Shown piece after piece: positions 1 to 10,437 of a stretch of 64,000 nt of DNA. The translations under genes and the position numbers were made by a program. The DNA comes from Paenibacillaceae bacterium. Its GTDB lineage: Bacteria > Bacillota > Bacilli > Paenibacillales > UBA4045. Each line of letters begins with the position of its first letter. The stretch's first letter is position 1. Below the pieces are notes generated by a model. The model was not told the origin of the DNA, searched no databases, and worked only from the letters and a program-made list of their open reading frames with translations. The stretch spans positions 12,970 through 76,969 of the forward strand of contig JBBDIY010000044.1 in the NCBI GenBank assembly GCA_040880185.1, read 5' to 3'.

Positions 1-73
1 CCCGATTAACGACCGCTATAGAAGGTAATAATAACTATAACTAAGATTGGTTAATCTGGAAGGGGTAATAAAT

Positions 74-1786
74 ATGAGTTTAAATATGTCCATTATGCTA
101 GTCCAGGTATTCTTTGCTGTGATCATCGGTTTATACTTCTTGGGTTTACTACGAGGGCAGCGATCGAGTCGCAGTGCGATCGATAGAGAATCTCGTAAAG
201 AGCTTGAGAAGCTACATAAGCTTAGAACGATTTCATTAACACAGCCTTTATCAGAAAGAACCAGACCTGCCTCACTATCCGATATTGTCGGTCAAGCAGA
301 GGGGTTGAAGGCGTTAAAGGCCGCTTTATGCGGTCCTAACCCACAGCATGTGTTGATTTATGGACCACCTGGCGTTGGGAAGACTGCAGCAGCACGGGTA
401 TTACTCCATGAAGCAAAGAAGAACCCATTATCTCCGTTTGGCTTGCAAGCGAAGTTTATCGAGATGGATGCGACGATTGCAAGATTTGATGAAAGGGGGA
501 TTGCTGATCCTCTCATTGGATCGGTACATGACCCGATTTACCAGGGGGCAGGTGCTATGGGTGTCGCTGGAATACCTCAACCTAAGCCTGGAGCGGTAAC
601 TAAAGCCCATGGTGGCATACTATTTATTGATGAAATCGGCGAATTACATCCGACTCAATTGAATAAGTTACTAAAGGTGCTAGAGGACCGTAAAGTACAT
701 CTAGAAAGTGCTTATTATAATTCTGAGGATGTTCATATTCCTCAGCATATTCATGATATATTCCAGAATGGACTACCTGCTGATTTCCGACTTGTAGGTG
801 CAACTACAAGGCACCCACATGAAATTCCTGCGGCATTACGATCACGCTGTATGGAAATTTTCTTCCGACCGTTAAAACCAGAAGAGATTGGGCTAATTGC
901 TAAGAAAGCCGTTCTAAAGATTGGATTTCCCGACAATAAGGAAGCTGTAGACATTGTGATGCAGTATGCAACGAATGGTCGGGAAGCAGTGAATGTCATC
1001 CAGTTAGCGTCGGGACTCGCCATGATGGAGAAGAGAGAGCAATTATCAGCAGCGGACGTAGAATGGGTTGTCAACAGTAGTCAAATTCCACCACGCTCTG
1101 AGAAGAAAATACACACAAGCCCTCAGATTGGTGTTGTGAACGGACTTGCAGTCTACGGTCCGAATATGGGTGCGATTCTGGAGATAGAAGTAACAGCTGT
1201 GCCTGCTTATCAAGCTGGTGCAGGTCGTATGACCTTGACAGGGGTCGTAGATGAAGAGGAACTTGGCAGTGGCAATAAAACCCTGAGACGAAAAAGTATG
1301 GCTCGTGGCTCTGTTGAGAATGTTATAACAGTCCTTGCTCAATATGGTTTACATACATCCGATTATGATCTGCACATCAACTTCCCAGGGGGTTTACCCA
1401 TTGATGGTCCTTCGGCTGGTATCTCTATGGCTACTGCTATAGCATCCGCTATTATGGGAATACCCATTGAGCATACGATAGCTCTAACAGGTGAATTGAG
1501 CATTCAGGGCAAGGTTAAACCAGTAGGTGGTGTTGCTGCCAAAATCGAAGCGGCGTGCCAGGCAGGAGTAAAGACGGTCTATATTCCAAGAGAAAACTGG
1601 CAGCACATGTTTGAAGATTACACGGACATGCGGATTATTAGGGTTGATTCATTAGATGAAGTATTCGACCAAGTACTCGGCACACGCACCTTCCCAAATC
1701 CATTGCAAAGCGCACTGAGCAGGGATGCAATACCAACAGCAACGATATCTATTTTACATGCAGGTTCAGTCCGAATGGAGCCCTAG
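74..1786 (+). CDS. lonB: ATP-dependent protease LonB (membrane-anchored Lon paralog)
   Basis: ORF 47..1786. SD GGAAGGGG lies 8 nt before the ATG at 74. It has an N-terminal hydrophobic helix, Walker A GPPGVGKT and a Lon protease serine motif DGPSAGISMATA. It sits directly upstream of lonA and engB, as in B. subtilis. Confidence 0.85.
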   Translation: MSLNMSIMLVQVFFAVIIGLYFLGLLRGQRSSRSAIDRESRKELEKLHKLRTISLTQPLSERTRPASLSDIVGQAEGLKALKAALCGPNPQHVLIYGPPGVGKTAAARVLLHEAKKNPLSPFGLQAKFIEMDATIARFDERGIADPLIGSVHDPIYQGAGAMGVAGIPQPKPGAVTKAHGGILFIDEIGELHPTQLNKLLKVLEDRKVHLESAYYNSEDVHIPQHIHDIFQNGLPADFRLVGATTRHPHEIPAALRSRCMEIFFRPLKPEEIGLIAKKAVLKIGFPDNKEAVDIVMQYATNGREAVNVIQLASGLAMMEKREQLSAADVEWVVNSSQIPPRSEKKIHTSPQIGVVNGLAVYGPNMGAILEIEVTAVPAYQAGAGRMTLTGVVDEEELGSGNKTLRRKSMARGSVENVITVLAQYGLHTSDYDLHINFPGGLPIDGPSAGISMATAIASAIMGIPIEHTIALTGELSIQGKVKPVGGVAAKIEAACQAGVKTVYIPRENWQHMFEDYTDMRIIRVDSLDEVFDQVLGTRTFPNPLQSALSRDAIPTATISILHAGSVRMEP

Positions 1787-1940
1787 TCTTTTGCTCGATC
1801 CCGTCGATCATACCCTCAATTGGTGTTTACAAAATAGTTTTGTTACAATTAACAATGTACGATGAAGTAGTCATCTGAATAGTGAATTACAAATCGGGCT
1901 CATAATGTTAATGGAGGTGCTATCAGTGGGATCTAACAGG

Positions 1941-4292
1941 ATGACGCGCCGTATTCCTTTATTGCCTTTAAGGGGATTACTTGTATATCCGAGCATGGTA
2001 CTCCACCTAGATGTTGGACGTGATAAATCGGTCAAGGCTTTAGAACATGCAATGGTGGATGATCATACGATTCTTCTTTGCTCTCAATCAGAGGTAAACA
2101 TCGAAGAACCGACTATGGACGACATTTACCGCGTAGGAACTATGGCCAAAATTCGTCAAATGCTCAAGCTACCGAATGGTACAATTCGTGTGCTTGTTGA
2201 AGGTGTCACTCGAGCTGAAATTGTTGAATATTTGCCTACGGAGGAATTTTTCGAAGTAGTAGTTAAACCGTTGCCAGAATTAGAGTTAGCTGATCCGGAG
2301 ATTGATGCGCTCATGCGCACGGTACTGAATCAGTTTGAGTACTATATTAATCTTTCGAAAAAAGTAACGCCTGAGACATTAGCTGCAGTGTCCGATATTG
2401 AAGAACCAGGACGGCTGGCTGATGTCATCTGCAGTCATTTATCCTTGAAAATTAAAGATAAGCAAGAAATTCTAGAGACAGTTGATGTTCGACTACGCCT
2501 GGAGAAGCTACTTGATATTCTGAATAATGAGCGCGAAGTTCTAGAGCTTGAACGCAAGATTAGTCAACGTGTCAAGAAACAGATGGAGAAAACACAGAAG
2601 GAATATTATTTGCGTGAACAGATGAAAGCGATCCAGAAGGAGTTAGGCGATAAAGAAGGACGTACTAGCGAAATTGAGGAGCTTCGGGCACAAGTCGAAG
2701 AGCTTACACTCAATGAAAAGGTTAAGGAGAAGATCGAGAAGGAAATCGATCGACTCGAGAGGATGCCGATTACCTCTGCAGAAGGGGCTGTTATTCGTAA
2801 TTATGTAGATTGGTTAATTGGATTGCCTTGGCATACGTCAACTGAAGATGATATGGATATTAAGAAAGCGGAAGATATTCTTGATGAAGATCATTACGGC
2901 TTAGAGAAGGCCAAGCAACGCGTTCTCGAATATTTGGCCGTTCAGCAGTTAGTTAAGAAATTAAAGGGACCTATTCTCTGCTTAGTAGGTCCGCCTGGTG
3001 TGGGTAAAACTTCTTTAGCTCGTTCTATTGCACGATCTCTAGGGCGTAAATTTGTTAGAATGTCACTGGGTGGCGTTCGAGATGAAGCTGAGATTAGAGG
3101 TCATCGCCGAACCTATGTGGGAGCAATGCCTGGTCGTATTATACAGGGGATGAAGAATGCTGGCTCCAACAATCCGGTTTTCTTGCTCGATGAGATCGAT
3201 AAGATGGCTATGGATTTCCGTGGTGATCCGTCTTCTGCTCTCTTAGAGGTGCTCGATCCAGAACAGAATAGTACATTTAGTGATCATTATATAGAGGTTC
3301 CCTTTGATTTATCCAATGTGATGTTTGTGACGACAGCGAATGCCGTTCATAACATTCCGCGCCCTTTATTGGATCGGATGGAGGTGCTCTATATTCCGGG
3401 TTATACCGAATTGGAGAAGCTACGAATCGCAGATATATATTTACTTCCGAAGCAGCGTAAAGATCATGGTCTGAATGAAGAACAATTACAGATGGACGAT
3501 GTCTCCATGCTCACGGTTATTCGAGAATATACCCGCGAAGCGGGTGTGCGTAACTTAGAACAACAAATTGCTACTCTATGTCGCAAGACAGCCAAGGAAG
3601 TAGTATCTGCACATTTAGTTGAGAAGGTTCTATATTCAGATCAAATTAAGGAGTACTTAGGACCACAGAAGTATCGTTATGGTATGGCAGAAGAGGAAGA
3701 TCAGATCGGTGCTGTAACTGGACTAGCTTGGACAGAGGTTGGTGGAGACACCCTCATCATTGAAGTAACCGTACTTCCAGGTACAGGGAAATTGACGTTA
3801 ACCGGCAAATTAGGTGATGTGATGAAGGAATCCGCCCAAGCGGCATTCAGTTATACGAGGTCTAGATCAATTCAACTGAACATTGATCCAGGTTTCCACG
3901 AGAAGAACGATATTCATATCCATATCCCAGAAGGTGCAATTCCTAAGGATGGACCATCTGCTGGAATCACAATGGCTACTGCGCTAATATCAGCATTAAC
4001 GAATAATCCGGTATCACGGCTTGTTGCCATGACAGGCGAGATCACACTTCGTGGGCGAGTTCTACCTATAGGTGGTCTCAAAGAAAAGGCGATGGCTGCT
4101 CATCGTGCAGGGATTAGAACGATTATTATTCCTAAAGATAATGAAAAGGATATCGATGACATTCCAGAGAGTGTAAGGAATGACCTGAAGTTTGTCGAAG
4201 TCATTCATATGGATCAGGTTCTTGATGAAGCACTGATTCATCCATTCCATCTGATTAAAGAACAGATCGCTATTGTAGGTGAACTCATATGA
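1941..4292 (+). CDS. lon: ATP-dependent protease Lon (LonA)
   Basis: ORF 1905..4292. It has a Lon N-domain start [15 protein letters not shown], Walker [10 protein letters not shown] and protease motif [14 protein letters not shown]. The start is uncertain: ATG 1941, or a GTG near 1926 after GGAGGTG. Confidence 0.95.
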   Translation: MTRRIPLLPLRGLLVYPSMVLHLDVGRDKSVKALEHAMVDDHTILLCSQSEVNIEEPTMDDIYRVGTMAKIRQMLKLPNGTIRVLVEGVTRAEIVEYLPTEEFFEVVVKPLPELELADPEIDALMRTVLNQFEYYINLSKKVTPETLAAVSDIEEPGRLADVICSHLSLKIKDKQEILETVDVRLRLEKLLDILNNEREVLELERKISQRVKKQMEKTQKEYYLREQMKAIQKELGDKEGRTSEIEELRAQVEELTLNEKVKEKIEKEIDRLERMPITSAEGAVIRNYVDWLIGLPWHTSTEDDMDIKKAEDILDEDHYGLEKAKQRVLEYLAVQQLVKKLKGPILCLVGPPGVGKTSLARSIARSLGRKFVRMSLGGVRDEAEIRGHRRTYVGAMPGRIIQGMKNAGSNNPVFLLDEIDKMAMDFRGDPSSALLEVLDPEQNSTFSDHYIEVPFDLSNVMFVTTANAVHNIPRPLLDRMEVLYIPGYTELEKLRIADIYLLPKQRKDHGLNEEQLQMDDVSMLTVIREYTREAGVRNLEQQIATLCRKTAKEVVSAHLVEKVLYSDQIKEYLGPQKYRYGMAEEEDQIGAVTGLAWTEVGGDTLIIEVTVLPGTGKLTLTGKLGDVMKESAQAAFSYTRSRSIQLNIDPGFHEKNDIHIHIPEGAIPKDGPSAGITMATALISALTNNPVSRLVAMTGEITLRGRVLPIGGLKEKAMAAHRAGIRTIIIPKDNEKDIDDIPESVRNDLKFVEVIHMDQVLDEALIHPFHLIKEQIAIVGELI

Positions 4293-4906
4293 ATCTGAAT
4301 ATTCACAATGCTGAGTTTCTGACTAGTGTTGCAACACTTTCACAATTACCTGAAGAAACCCTGCCAGAGATCGCTCTAGCAGGGCGTTCCAATGTAGGCA
4401 AGTCATCTTTAATTAATCGTATGCTCGGTCGTAAATCGATTGCAAAGATTAGTGGAACTCCGGGTAAGACGCAGATGTTAAACTATTATAACATTGACTC
4501 CCAGCTTTATTTGGTAGACTGCCCTGGGTACGGCTATGCTAAGGTCTCTCAAGTACAACGAAGACAATTCGGTAATCTAATAGAGAAGTATATGGTTAAG
4601 CGCGAGAAGCTTTGCTTAGTGCTACAATTGATAGATCTACGGCATGAGCCGTCCAAAGAGGACCTAAGTATGTTCTCCTGGTTGATTCACAATGGGATGA
4701 CTGTTTGTATTGTAGCTACGAAGGCTGACAAAATTCCGCGATCTCAATATCAGAAGCATCTGAAGATGATACGGAATGGTTTACATATGCCTGAACACAT
4801 TCCAATCATTCTGTTCTCATCAGTAACAAGCCAGGGTAAAGATGAATTATGGAGCTTTATCGAACAAACGATACAATTACAGGAGGAACAGCTAGTTAGT
4901 GATTGA
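4289..4906 (+). CDS. engB: Ribosome-biogenesis GTPase EngB/YsxC
   Basis: G1 motif [12 protein letters not shown], DxPGYG and TKADK motifs. It overlaps the lon stop by 4 nt. The lon-engB synteny is conserved. Confidence 0.9.
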   Translation: MNLNIHNAEFLTSVATLSQLPEETLPEIALAGRSNVGKSSLINRMLGRKSIAKISGTPGKTQMLNYYNIDSQLYLVDCPGYGYAKVSQVQRRQFGNLIEKYMVKREKLCLVLQLIDLRHEPSKEDLSMFSWLIHNGMTVCIVATKADKIPRSQYQKHLKMIRNGLHMPEHIPIILFSSVTSQGKDELWSFIEQTIQLQEEQLVSD

Positions 4907-5029
4907 ATTTACGGTCTAAACTGGTTTATTTGCTTGTTTTTTAAGTTTTTTCACTATGGGCAGACCAGCTTTCGATGGTGTATAATAAATGGCATGTAAT
5001 GGCTTACTATATGGAATTGAGGAGATATT

Positions 5030-5617
5030 ATGGCTCAGCGGTTAGCGACAGAATATGTCAAAGCCAGTCTGACATTAACGGAACCCGAAATGATCCAATT
5101 AGAACGAATGCTGATGGACCAAGCCATTGTTTTTCACGTGAAGGTACTAGACAATGGAAACCAACAATTGGTTTTCCATGAAGATGGTGGAGATGAGATC
5201 ATCATCAGCTTTGAGCACAGAGCAGACAAATATGTTTCCGAAGGTTCATATCGATTGAATTCAATACCACTCGCCAATCTCATGAGAAAGGCTGTATCTG
5301 TATTCAAAGGAAATGCCATTGTCAATCGCATATATTCTAACTTCACAATGGTTTATTATTATGAATATGGTGTTGTAGTCAAGATTGTTGAGATGAATGA
5401 ACAATATCAGAAAACGATTTATGAATATAAGAATACGGTTGGGCGGCTTGAACAGCTCTTTAATGACCAACAGATTGAGTATGAGATCACGATTGTACGA
5501 GATGAAATCAATCGATTGCTTGATCAACGTAACCATATTCAAGAGGTATTCGAACGTACTAAGATTGATACATTATTAACGGAGTTGACATACCGTTTGT
5601 TCGTACTTGAAGCATAA
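5030..5617 (+). CDS. Hypothetical protein (195 aa, no recognised motif)
   Basis: Long ORF with SD GAGGAG 7 nt upstream of the ATG, followed by an intrinsic terminator. I do not recognise any domain. Confidence 0.5.
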   Translation: MAQRLATEYVKASLTLTEPEMIQLERMLMDQAIVFHVKVLDNGNQQLVFHEDGGDEIIISFEHRADKYVSEGSYRLNSIPLANLMRKAVSVFKGNAIVNRIYSNFTMVYYYEYGVVVKIVEMNEQYQKTIYEYKNTVGRLEQLFNDQQIEYEITIVRDEINRLLDQRNHIQEVFERTKIDTLLTELTYRLFVLEA

Positions 5618-5642
5618 ATGGAAGTCCACCGAATCGATCGTG

Positions 5643-5667
5643 GAGGCCTAGTAGGCCTCTTCTTTTT
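5643..5667 (+). terminator. Rho-independent terminator
   Basis: GAGGCCT-AGT-AGGCCTC hairpin followed by TTCTTTTT. Confidence 0.6.
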
Positions 5668-5870
5668 AGGAGGTCTATCTTCTCAAAAAATAACTATTGC
5701 ATTTCCGGTCAAGAGATGTTATTTTTAGTTTCGTTGACAATATTATAGGAACCAGGATTCACTCATGACATTGGATGTTGCGAGAGATTTTTCCCTCGAG
5801 CAGTGAATGACGTAGGTCCTAGCGGATGAAATTTCCAAACATTTTATTCCTAGGAAGGGGGAACCGGAAG

Positions 5871-6272
5871 ATGGAATACTCTACTTTCGGAAGGCACGTT
5901 GCTGTTGATACTTGGGGGGTAAACTTCGATCGCCTGAATGACGCGGAATGGTTACAAGATCAGATGATTGAAGCGGCAGAAATTTCTGGCGCTACTGTGA
6001 TGTCCGTACAGGCTAAACAATTCGAACCACAAGGAGCAACTGTTCTAGTACTACTGTCAGAAAGTCATCTCTCCATACACACGTATCCGGAGAAGGGCTT
6101 TGCTGCGATTGATTGCTATACGTGTGGAGATACAGTTGACCCACAAACGGCAATCGATTATCTGGTATCTGTATTAGAACCAGAGCATGTACACGCCAAG
6201 AAGTTGGTTCGTGGCATGGGAGAAATCCAAGTCGAAACACCAGAGATCAAACAATTGTTATACACTCGCTAA
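5871..6272 (+). CDS. speD: S-adenosylmethionine decarboxylase proenzyme (pyruvoyl type)
   Basis: It aligns by eye with B. subtilis SpeD (GRHV...WGC/V.FD.LND, self-cleavage motif SESHLSIHTYPE, CYTCGD). SD GAAGGGGGA precedes the ATG at 5871, within ORF 5826..6272. Confidence 0.88.
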   Translation: MEYSTFGRHVAVDTWGVNFDRLNDAEWLQDQMIEAAEISGATVMSVQAKQFEPQGATVLVLLSESHLSIHTYPEKGFAAIDCYTCGDTVDPQTAIDYLVSVLEPEHVHAKKLVRGMGEIQVETPEIKQLLYTR

Positions 6273-6305
6273 TACAAATGAACAATGGAATAGGAAACAT
6301 TAGAA

Positions 6306-6338
6306 CCGCGGGATTGGTCATACCCCCCGCGGTTTTTT
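6306..6338 (+). terminator. Rho-independent terminator
   Basis: CCGCGGG ... CCCGCGG stem followed by TTTTTT. Confidence 0.75.
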
Positions 6339-6409
6339 AATGTTTATTTTCACAACAAATGTACTTCAAGGAATATTCATATTCTAACAGGGAAATGCTT
6401 GGTTCTATA

Positions 6410-6418
6410 TGTTATAAT
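6410..6418 (+). promoter_or_regulatory. Candidate extended -10 (TGtTATAAT) for the hem operon
   Basis: TGTTATAAT lies about 50 nt upstream of the hemA start. No good -35 is visible. Confidence 0.35.
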
Positions 6419-6467
6419 GAATCGATAAAAAAGATCTAACTCTGTCGGAAAGGCAGGTGAAAGACCG

Positions 6468-7865
6468 ATGCACATCATTGCTGTTAGTTTAAATCATCAT
6501 ACTGCACCTGTAGAAGTACGTGAGAAATTCACCTTCTCCGACGAAAGACTTCCAGAAGCGCTACTACGTTTGAAACAGACGAAGGGCATTCTTGAAGGTG
6601 TAATCGTGTCAACCTGTAACCGAACTGAGATCTATGCAGTCGTTGATCGCCTACATATGTGTGGGCATTATATACGTGGCTTTATGGAGAATTGGTTCGG
6701 GATTTCACGGGATCAATTTGTCCCTTATTTAAGCATTCATGAAGATCAGGAAGCAATCAAACACTTATTCCGCGTAACCTGCGGGTTGGATTCTATGATG
6801 ATTGGTGAAACACAGATACTAGGTCAGGTCCGTAGCTCCTTCTTAACAGCTCAGAAGGAAACAGCAACGGGAACCTTCTTCAATATGTTATTCAAGCAAG
6901 CCATTACGCTTGCCAAGAAGGTCCATACCGAGACAGGCATCGGCGAAAGCGCGGTTTCGGTCAGCTATGCGGCTGTTGAGTTGGGCAAACGTATATTCGG
7001 GAATTACCATCAGAAGAGTGTATTGATTATTGGTGCGGGGAAGATGGGCGAGTTAACTGTCAAGCATCTACATGCTAATGGTGCAAGTAAAGTAATCGTG
7101 GCTAATCGGACGTTAGCTCGCGCAGAGGAATTGGCTGCTCGGTGGAATGGTATTGCATGTTCAATGGAGGATGTTAAGGACATATTAACCGAACATGGTG
7201 TAGATATTATCATCAGCTCTACGGGAGCAGAAGGCTATGTCTTATCGAAAGACCAGATGGATGAAGTGATGAAAGCAAGGTCGAATAAACCATTATTCGT
7301 AATCGACATTGCTGTTCCTCGAGACTTTGACCCGGAAATTGCTAGGAGTGAACAGGTATTCCTATACGATATGGATGATTTACAGGCTATTGTAGAAGGT
7401 AATGTCAATCTTCGTCGTCGTGAAGGTGAGAAGGTCGAGGATCTGATCAAGCAAGAAATAACTGTATTCCAACAATGGTATAGGCTGCTTGGTGTTAGTC
7501 CAGCGATTCGAGCCCTGCAAGAGAAGGCTGCTCTTATTCATAAAGAAACCATGGATAGTTTAATTAAGAAGCTCCCAGACCTTGAAGAACGCGAATTAAA
7601 AGTCATACACAAATTAAGTAAGAGCATTGTAAATCAGATGCTACATGATCCGATATTACGCGTTAAGGAATTAGCCGTTGAACGTCATGGTGATGATGCG
7701 ATTAAGATGTTCTCCCATCTATTTGCCTTGGAGGAATGGGTTGAAGAGCACGATGCATTACCGGAAGATGCTTTGTTAGAACCCGAAGTTAATAAAGCTG
7801 AACAGTCGGATCCTGTGAGAAGGATATCTATACCGAAGCTGCAAAGCTTGCCGGCGCACTCGTAG
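6468..7865 (+). CDS. hemA: Glutamyl-tRNA reductase
   Basis: N-terminus (M)HIIAVSLNHHTAPVEVREKF, active-site STCNRTEIY and NAD fold IGAGKMG. It is the first gene of a hemAXCDBL-like cluster. Confidence 0.95.
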   Translation: MHIIAVSLNHHTAPVEVREKFTFSDERLPEALLRLKQTKGILEGVIVSTCNRTEIYAVVDRLHMCGHYIRGFMENWFGISRDQFVPYLSIHEDQEAIKHLFRVTCGLDSMMIGETQILGQVRSSFLTAQKETATGTFFNMLFKQAITLAKKVHTETGIGESAVSVSYAAVELGKRIFGNYHQKSVLIIGAGKMGELTVKHLHANGASKVIVANRTLARAEELAARWNGIACSMEDVKDILTEHGVDIIISSTGAEGYVLSKDQMDEVMKARSNKPLFVIDIAVPRDFDPEIARSEQVFLYDMDDLQAIVEGNVNLRRREGEKVEDLIKQEITVFQQWYRLLGVSPAIRALQEKAALIHKETMDSLIKKLPDLEERELKVIHKLSKSIVNQMLHDPILRVKELAVERHGDDAIKMFSHLFALEEWVEEHDALPEDALLEPEVNKAEQSDPVRRISIPKLQSLPAHS

Positions 7866-7879
7866 GAGGTGGCTAGGCA

Positions 7880-8695
7880 ATGATTACGAAAAGCTGGTTT
7901 TTCGATGCGATGCTGTATATATATGCCCTGAGCCTTTTGTTTACTTTCTCTGATTTTATTCAACGGAATCAGAGGGCTAAATGGATGGGCACAGGGCTAC
8001 TTGTTTCTGTATGGGTCATGCAAACCATTCTGATGGTGAATCAGTTCATCCACTCTGGACAAATTATTGCTTTCTCGATTTTTGATTCACTATTTCTTTT
8101 CTCATGGCTGTTGATTACACTATCATTGATTTTATCACTTCTAGCACGCATTGAATTTGTATTATTCTTCGTTAGTTTAGCCGGATTTATCGTTGCTGCC
8201 ATTGCTTTCTTCAGCGATGAGACCATCTCTCCAATTGCTGCACACTGGGAGGTACGTGATGAATTACTATTCATCCATATTTCATTAGCCATAGGTAGTT
8301 ATGTAGCTTTCTTCTGTAGTGCAATGTTCTCAGGCATGTTATTATTCCTACATACCGGATTAAAGAAGAAGCGTTATTCAGATATGATCAGACGTATGCC
8401 AAGTCTTGACCATATCCAACAATATGCGACGAGAGCTGTGGTCGTGGGCACTCCCCTTCTTTTGCTCTCATTGATATTAGGGATCATCTGGATTTTCCTA
8501 GAGGATGAGCGAACCTTACTGCTTGATGTGAAGGTTGTATTCTCTATCCTCATAATAATGTTGTATGGTATGTATATATGGAAGCACGTTGCAGCTAAGA
8601 CAACTTGGCGTCGAATGGCAAGCTTGAATCTTGTTGCGTTCTCATTGGTATTACTCAACTATTTAACCTCAAATTGGTTGTCGAATTTTCATTAA
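7880..8695 (+). CDS. hemX: HemX / cytochrome c assembly (CcsA-like) membrane protein
   Basis: Polytopic membrane protein immediately after hemA, matching the position of B. subtilis hemX. Confidence 0.8.
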   Translation: MITKSWFFDAMLYIYALSLLFTFSDFIQRNQRAKWMGTGLLVSVWVMQTILMVNQFIHSGQIIAFSIFDSLFLFSWLLITLSLILSLLARIEFVLFFVSLAGFIVAAIAFFSDETISPIAAHWEVRDELLFIHISLAIGSYVAFFCSAMFSGMLLFLHTGLKKKRYSDMIRRMPSLDHIQQYATRAVVVGTPLLLLSLILGIIWIFLEDERTLLLDVKVVFSILIIMLYGMYIWKHVAAKTTWRRMASLNLVAFSLVLLNYLTSNWLSNFH

Positions 8696-8746
8696 TAGAG
8701 ATTGTTTACAAGCTCGAATCAAGTTTATTTACAAGCTGTAATAGAT

Positions 8747-9451
8747 ATGGATGTGACTTCATTGGACAAATGGTACCCGGTTCATCTGGATATGACAGGA
8801 CGGCACTGTGTTATTATAGGTGGTGGACATATAGCGGTAAGGCGAATACATGGGTTATTGGAAGTGGGTGCTCATGTCACCGTCATAAGCCCACAATGCC
8901 ACCCTGAGATCCTCCAACTTGCTGAAGAGGGATCCGTAAGTATTGTACAACAGGATTACAGGGGAGAAGAGGATCTTGTGAATGCTGATCTGATTTTTGC
9001 CGCTACCAATGATGAACTCGTCAATAAATGGATTGCTGACGATGCCAAGAAGCTCCGAATCCCACTGAACCATGTAGGTGATTCGAAATCGAGTACATTC
9101 ATCTTGCCTGCAGTGCTTAGACGAGGACAGCTTATTATGTCTGTATCTACTTCTGGAGCAAGTCCTGGTCTAGCGAAGCAAATTCGTGATGAGTTAACAC
9201 ATCATTATGGAGATGAATATAAAATTTATGTTGATTTTCTCTCTGAGCTTCGAGAATGGGTCATGATGAAGGTTGTAAATGAGCGCGATAGAGCAAAGAT
9301 TTTCCATCGAGTGTTAAAATTCGATATACTAGAGCTAATACGAGTTGAGAAGCTACATGTTTTACGTTCATGGTTGCAAATCGTGCTTGATCAAGAGCTA
9401 CAGGATGTCGACTGGCAACAGCAATTCAAATTGTACGCTAGTAAACTATAA
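8747..9451 (+). CDS. sirC: Precorrin-2 dehydrogenase / sirohydrochlorin ferrochelatase (siroheme synthase N-domain type)
   Basis: Rossmann motif CVIIGGGHIAVRR and the SVSTSGASPGLAKQIR motif typical of CysG-N/SirC. The start is uncertain: ORF opens at 8702, ATG at 8747. Confidence 0.8.
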   Translation: MDVTSLDKWYPVHLDMTGRHCVIIGGGHIAVRRIHGLLEVGAHVTVISPQCHPEILQLAEEGSVSIVQQDYRGEEDLVNADLIFAATNDELVNKWIADDAKKLRIPLNHVGDSKSSTFILPAVLRRGQLIMSVSTSGASPGLAKQIRDELTHHYGDEYKIYVDFLSELREWVMMKVVNERDRAKIFHRVLKFDILELIRVEKLHVLRSWLQIVLDQELQDVDWQQQFKLYASKL

Positions 9452-9475
9452 CAATAAAGAGATTGGAGTCGGAAA

Positions 9476-10432
9476 ATGAAACAACAGAAACGACATATCA
9501 TTGTTGGAACTAGGAAAAGTGTGCTAGCAGTCACACAGACGAATCAGATCATACAATTGCTTCAGGATATTAGTTTGCAGCATGGATTCGATTATGAATT
9601 CAGAGCGAAGAACCTGGTTACGCAAGGGGATCGTATTCTTGATGTAACCTTGTCTAAGGTTGGGGGGAAAGGCTTGTTCGTCAAAGAAATCGAGCAGGCT
9701 CTTATCGAAGGGGAAATTGATTTGGCTGTTCACAGCTTGAAGGATATGCCCGCTGAATTACTCGATGGTTTAATGATTGGTGCAGTGCCAAAGCGTGTCG
9801 ACCCGCGGGATTGTCTGATTACAGCGAATAACTGCAAGCTAGCGGATTTACCCTACGGAGCTCGAATTGGTACGAGCAGCCTACGGCGAATTTGTCAGCT
9901 GAAAGCATTCCGGTCTGATCTGCAATTGGAATCGATTCGCGGGAATATCGATACAAGAATACTCAAGTTAAAAAGTGAAGGATTCGATGCGATCATGCTC
10001 GCCTCTGCCGGCTTGTTCCGAATGGGCTGGGAAAACCGTATAAGCGAGTATCTGGATCCTGTGTTATGTTTACCTGCTGTTGGGCAAGGAGCACTAGGAA
10101 TTGAATGCCGAACGGAGGATATGCAGATCCGGGAATTACTGGACCTGTTGAATGATCCTTGGTCGGCTCATACGGTTATGGCGGAAAGGAGCTTTCTCAA
10201 GACATTAAACGGTGGCTGCCAGGTTCCTATTGGTGCGTATGCCGAAGTCGAGCTTCAGAGTAACCATGAACTCGGGATGATTCGCTTGACTGGTATGGTA
10301 GGTTCTCCGGATGGGGATATCATTCTTAAAGAGACGATGACAGGTATAGATCCTACAGAGCTTGGTGTGAGGCTGGGCGAATTATTAATATCTCAAGGTG
10401 CTAATCGTATATTAGATCAGGTGGGGAGCTAA
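9476..10432 (+). CDS. hemC: Porphobilinogen deaminase (hydroxymethylbilane synthase)
   Basis: IIVGTRKSVLAVTQT, GDR..D..LSKVGGKGLFVKEIE, and the NGGCQVPIG cofactor-cysteine motif. Confidence 0.95.
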   Translation: MKQQKRHIIVGTRKSVLAVTQTNQIIQLLQDISLQHGFDYEFRAKNLVTQGDRILDVTLSKVGGKGLFVKEIEQALIEGEIDLAVHSLKDMPAELLDGLMIGAVPKRVDPRDCLITANNCKLADLPYGARIGTSSLRRICQLKAFRSDLQLESIRGNIDTRILKLKSEGFDAIMLASAGLFRMGWENRISEYLDPVLCLPAVGQGALGIECRTEDMQIRELLDLLNDPWSAHTVMAERSFLKTLNGGCQVPIGAYAEVELQSNHELGMIRLTGMVGSPDGDIILKETMTGIDPTELGVRLGELLISQGANRILDQVGS

Positions 10433-10437
10433 ATCGA

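Noticed and set aside
8605-8907. 100-aa + strand ORF bridging hemX and sirC
   Set aside because: It is out of frame with both supported genes and covers their junction, and no motif is present.
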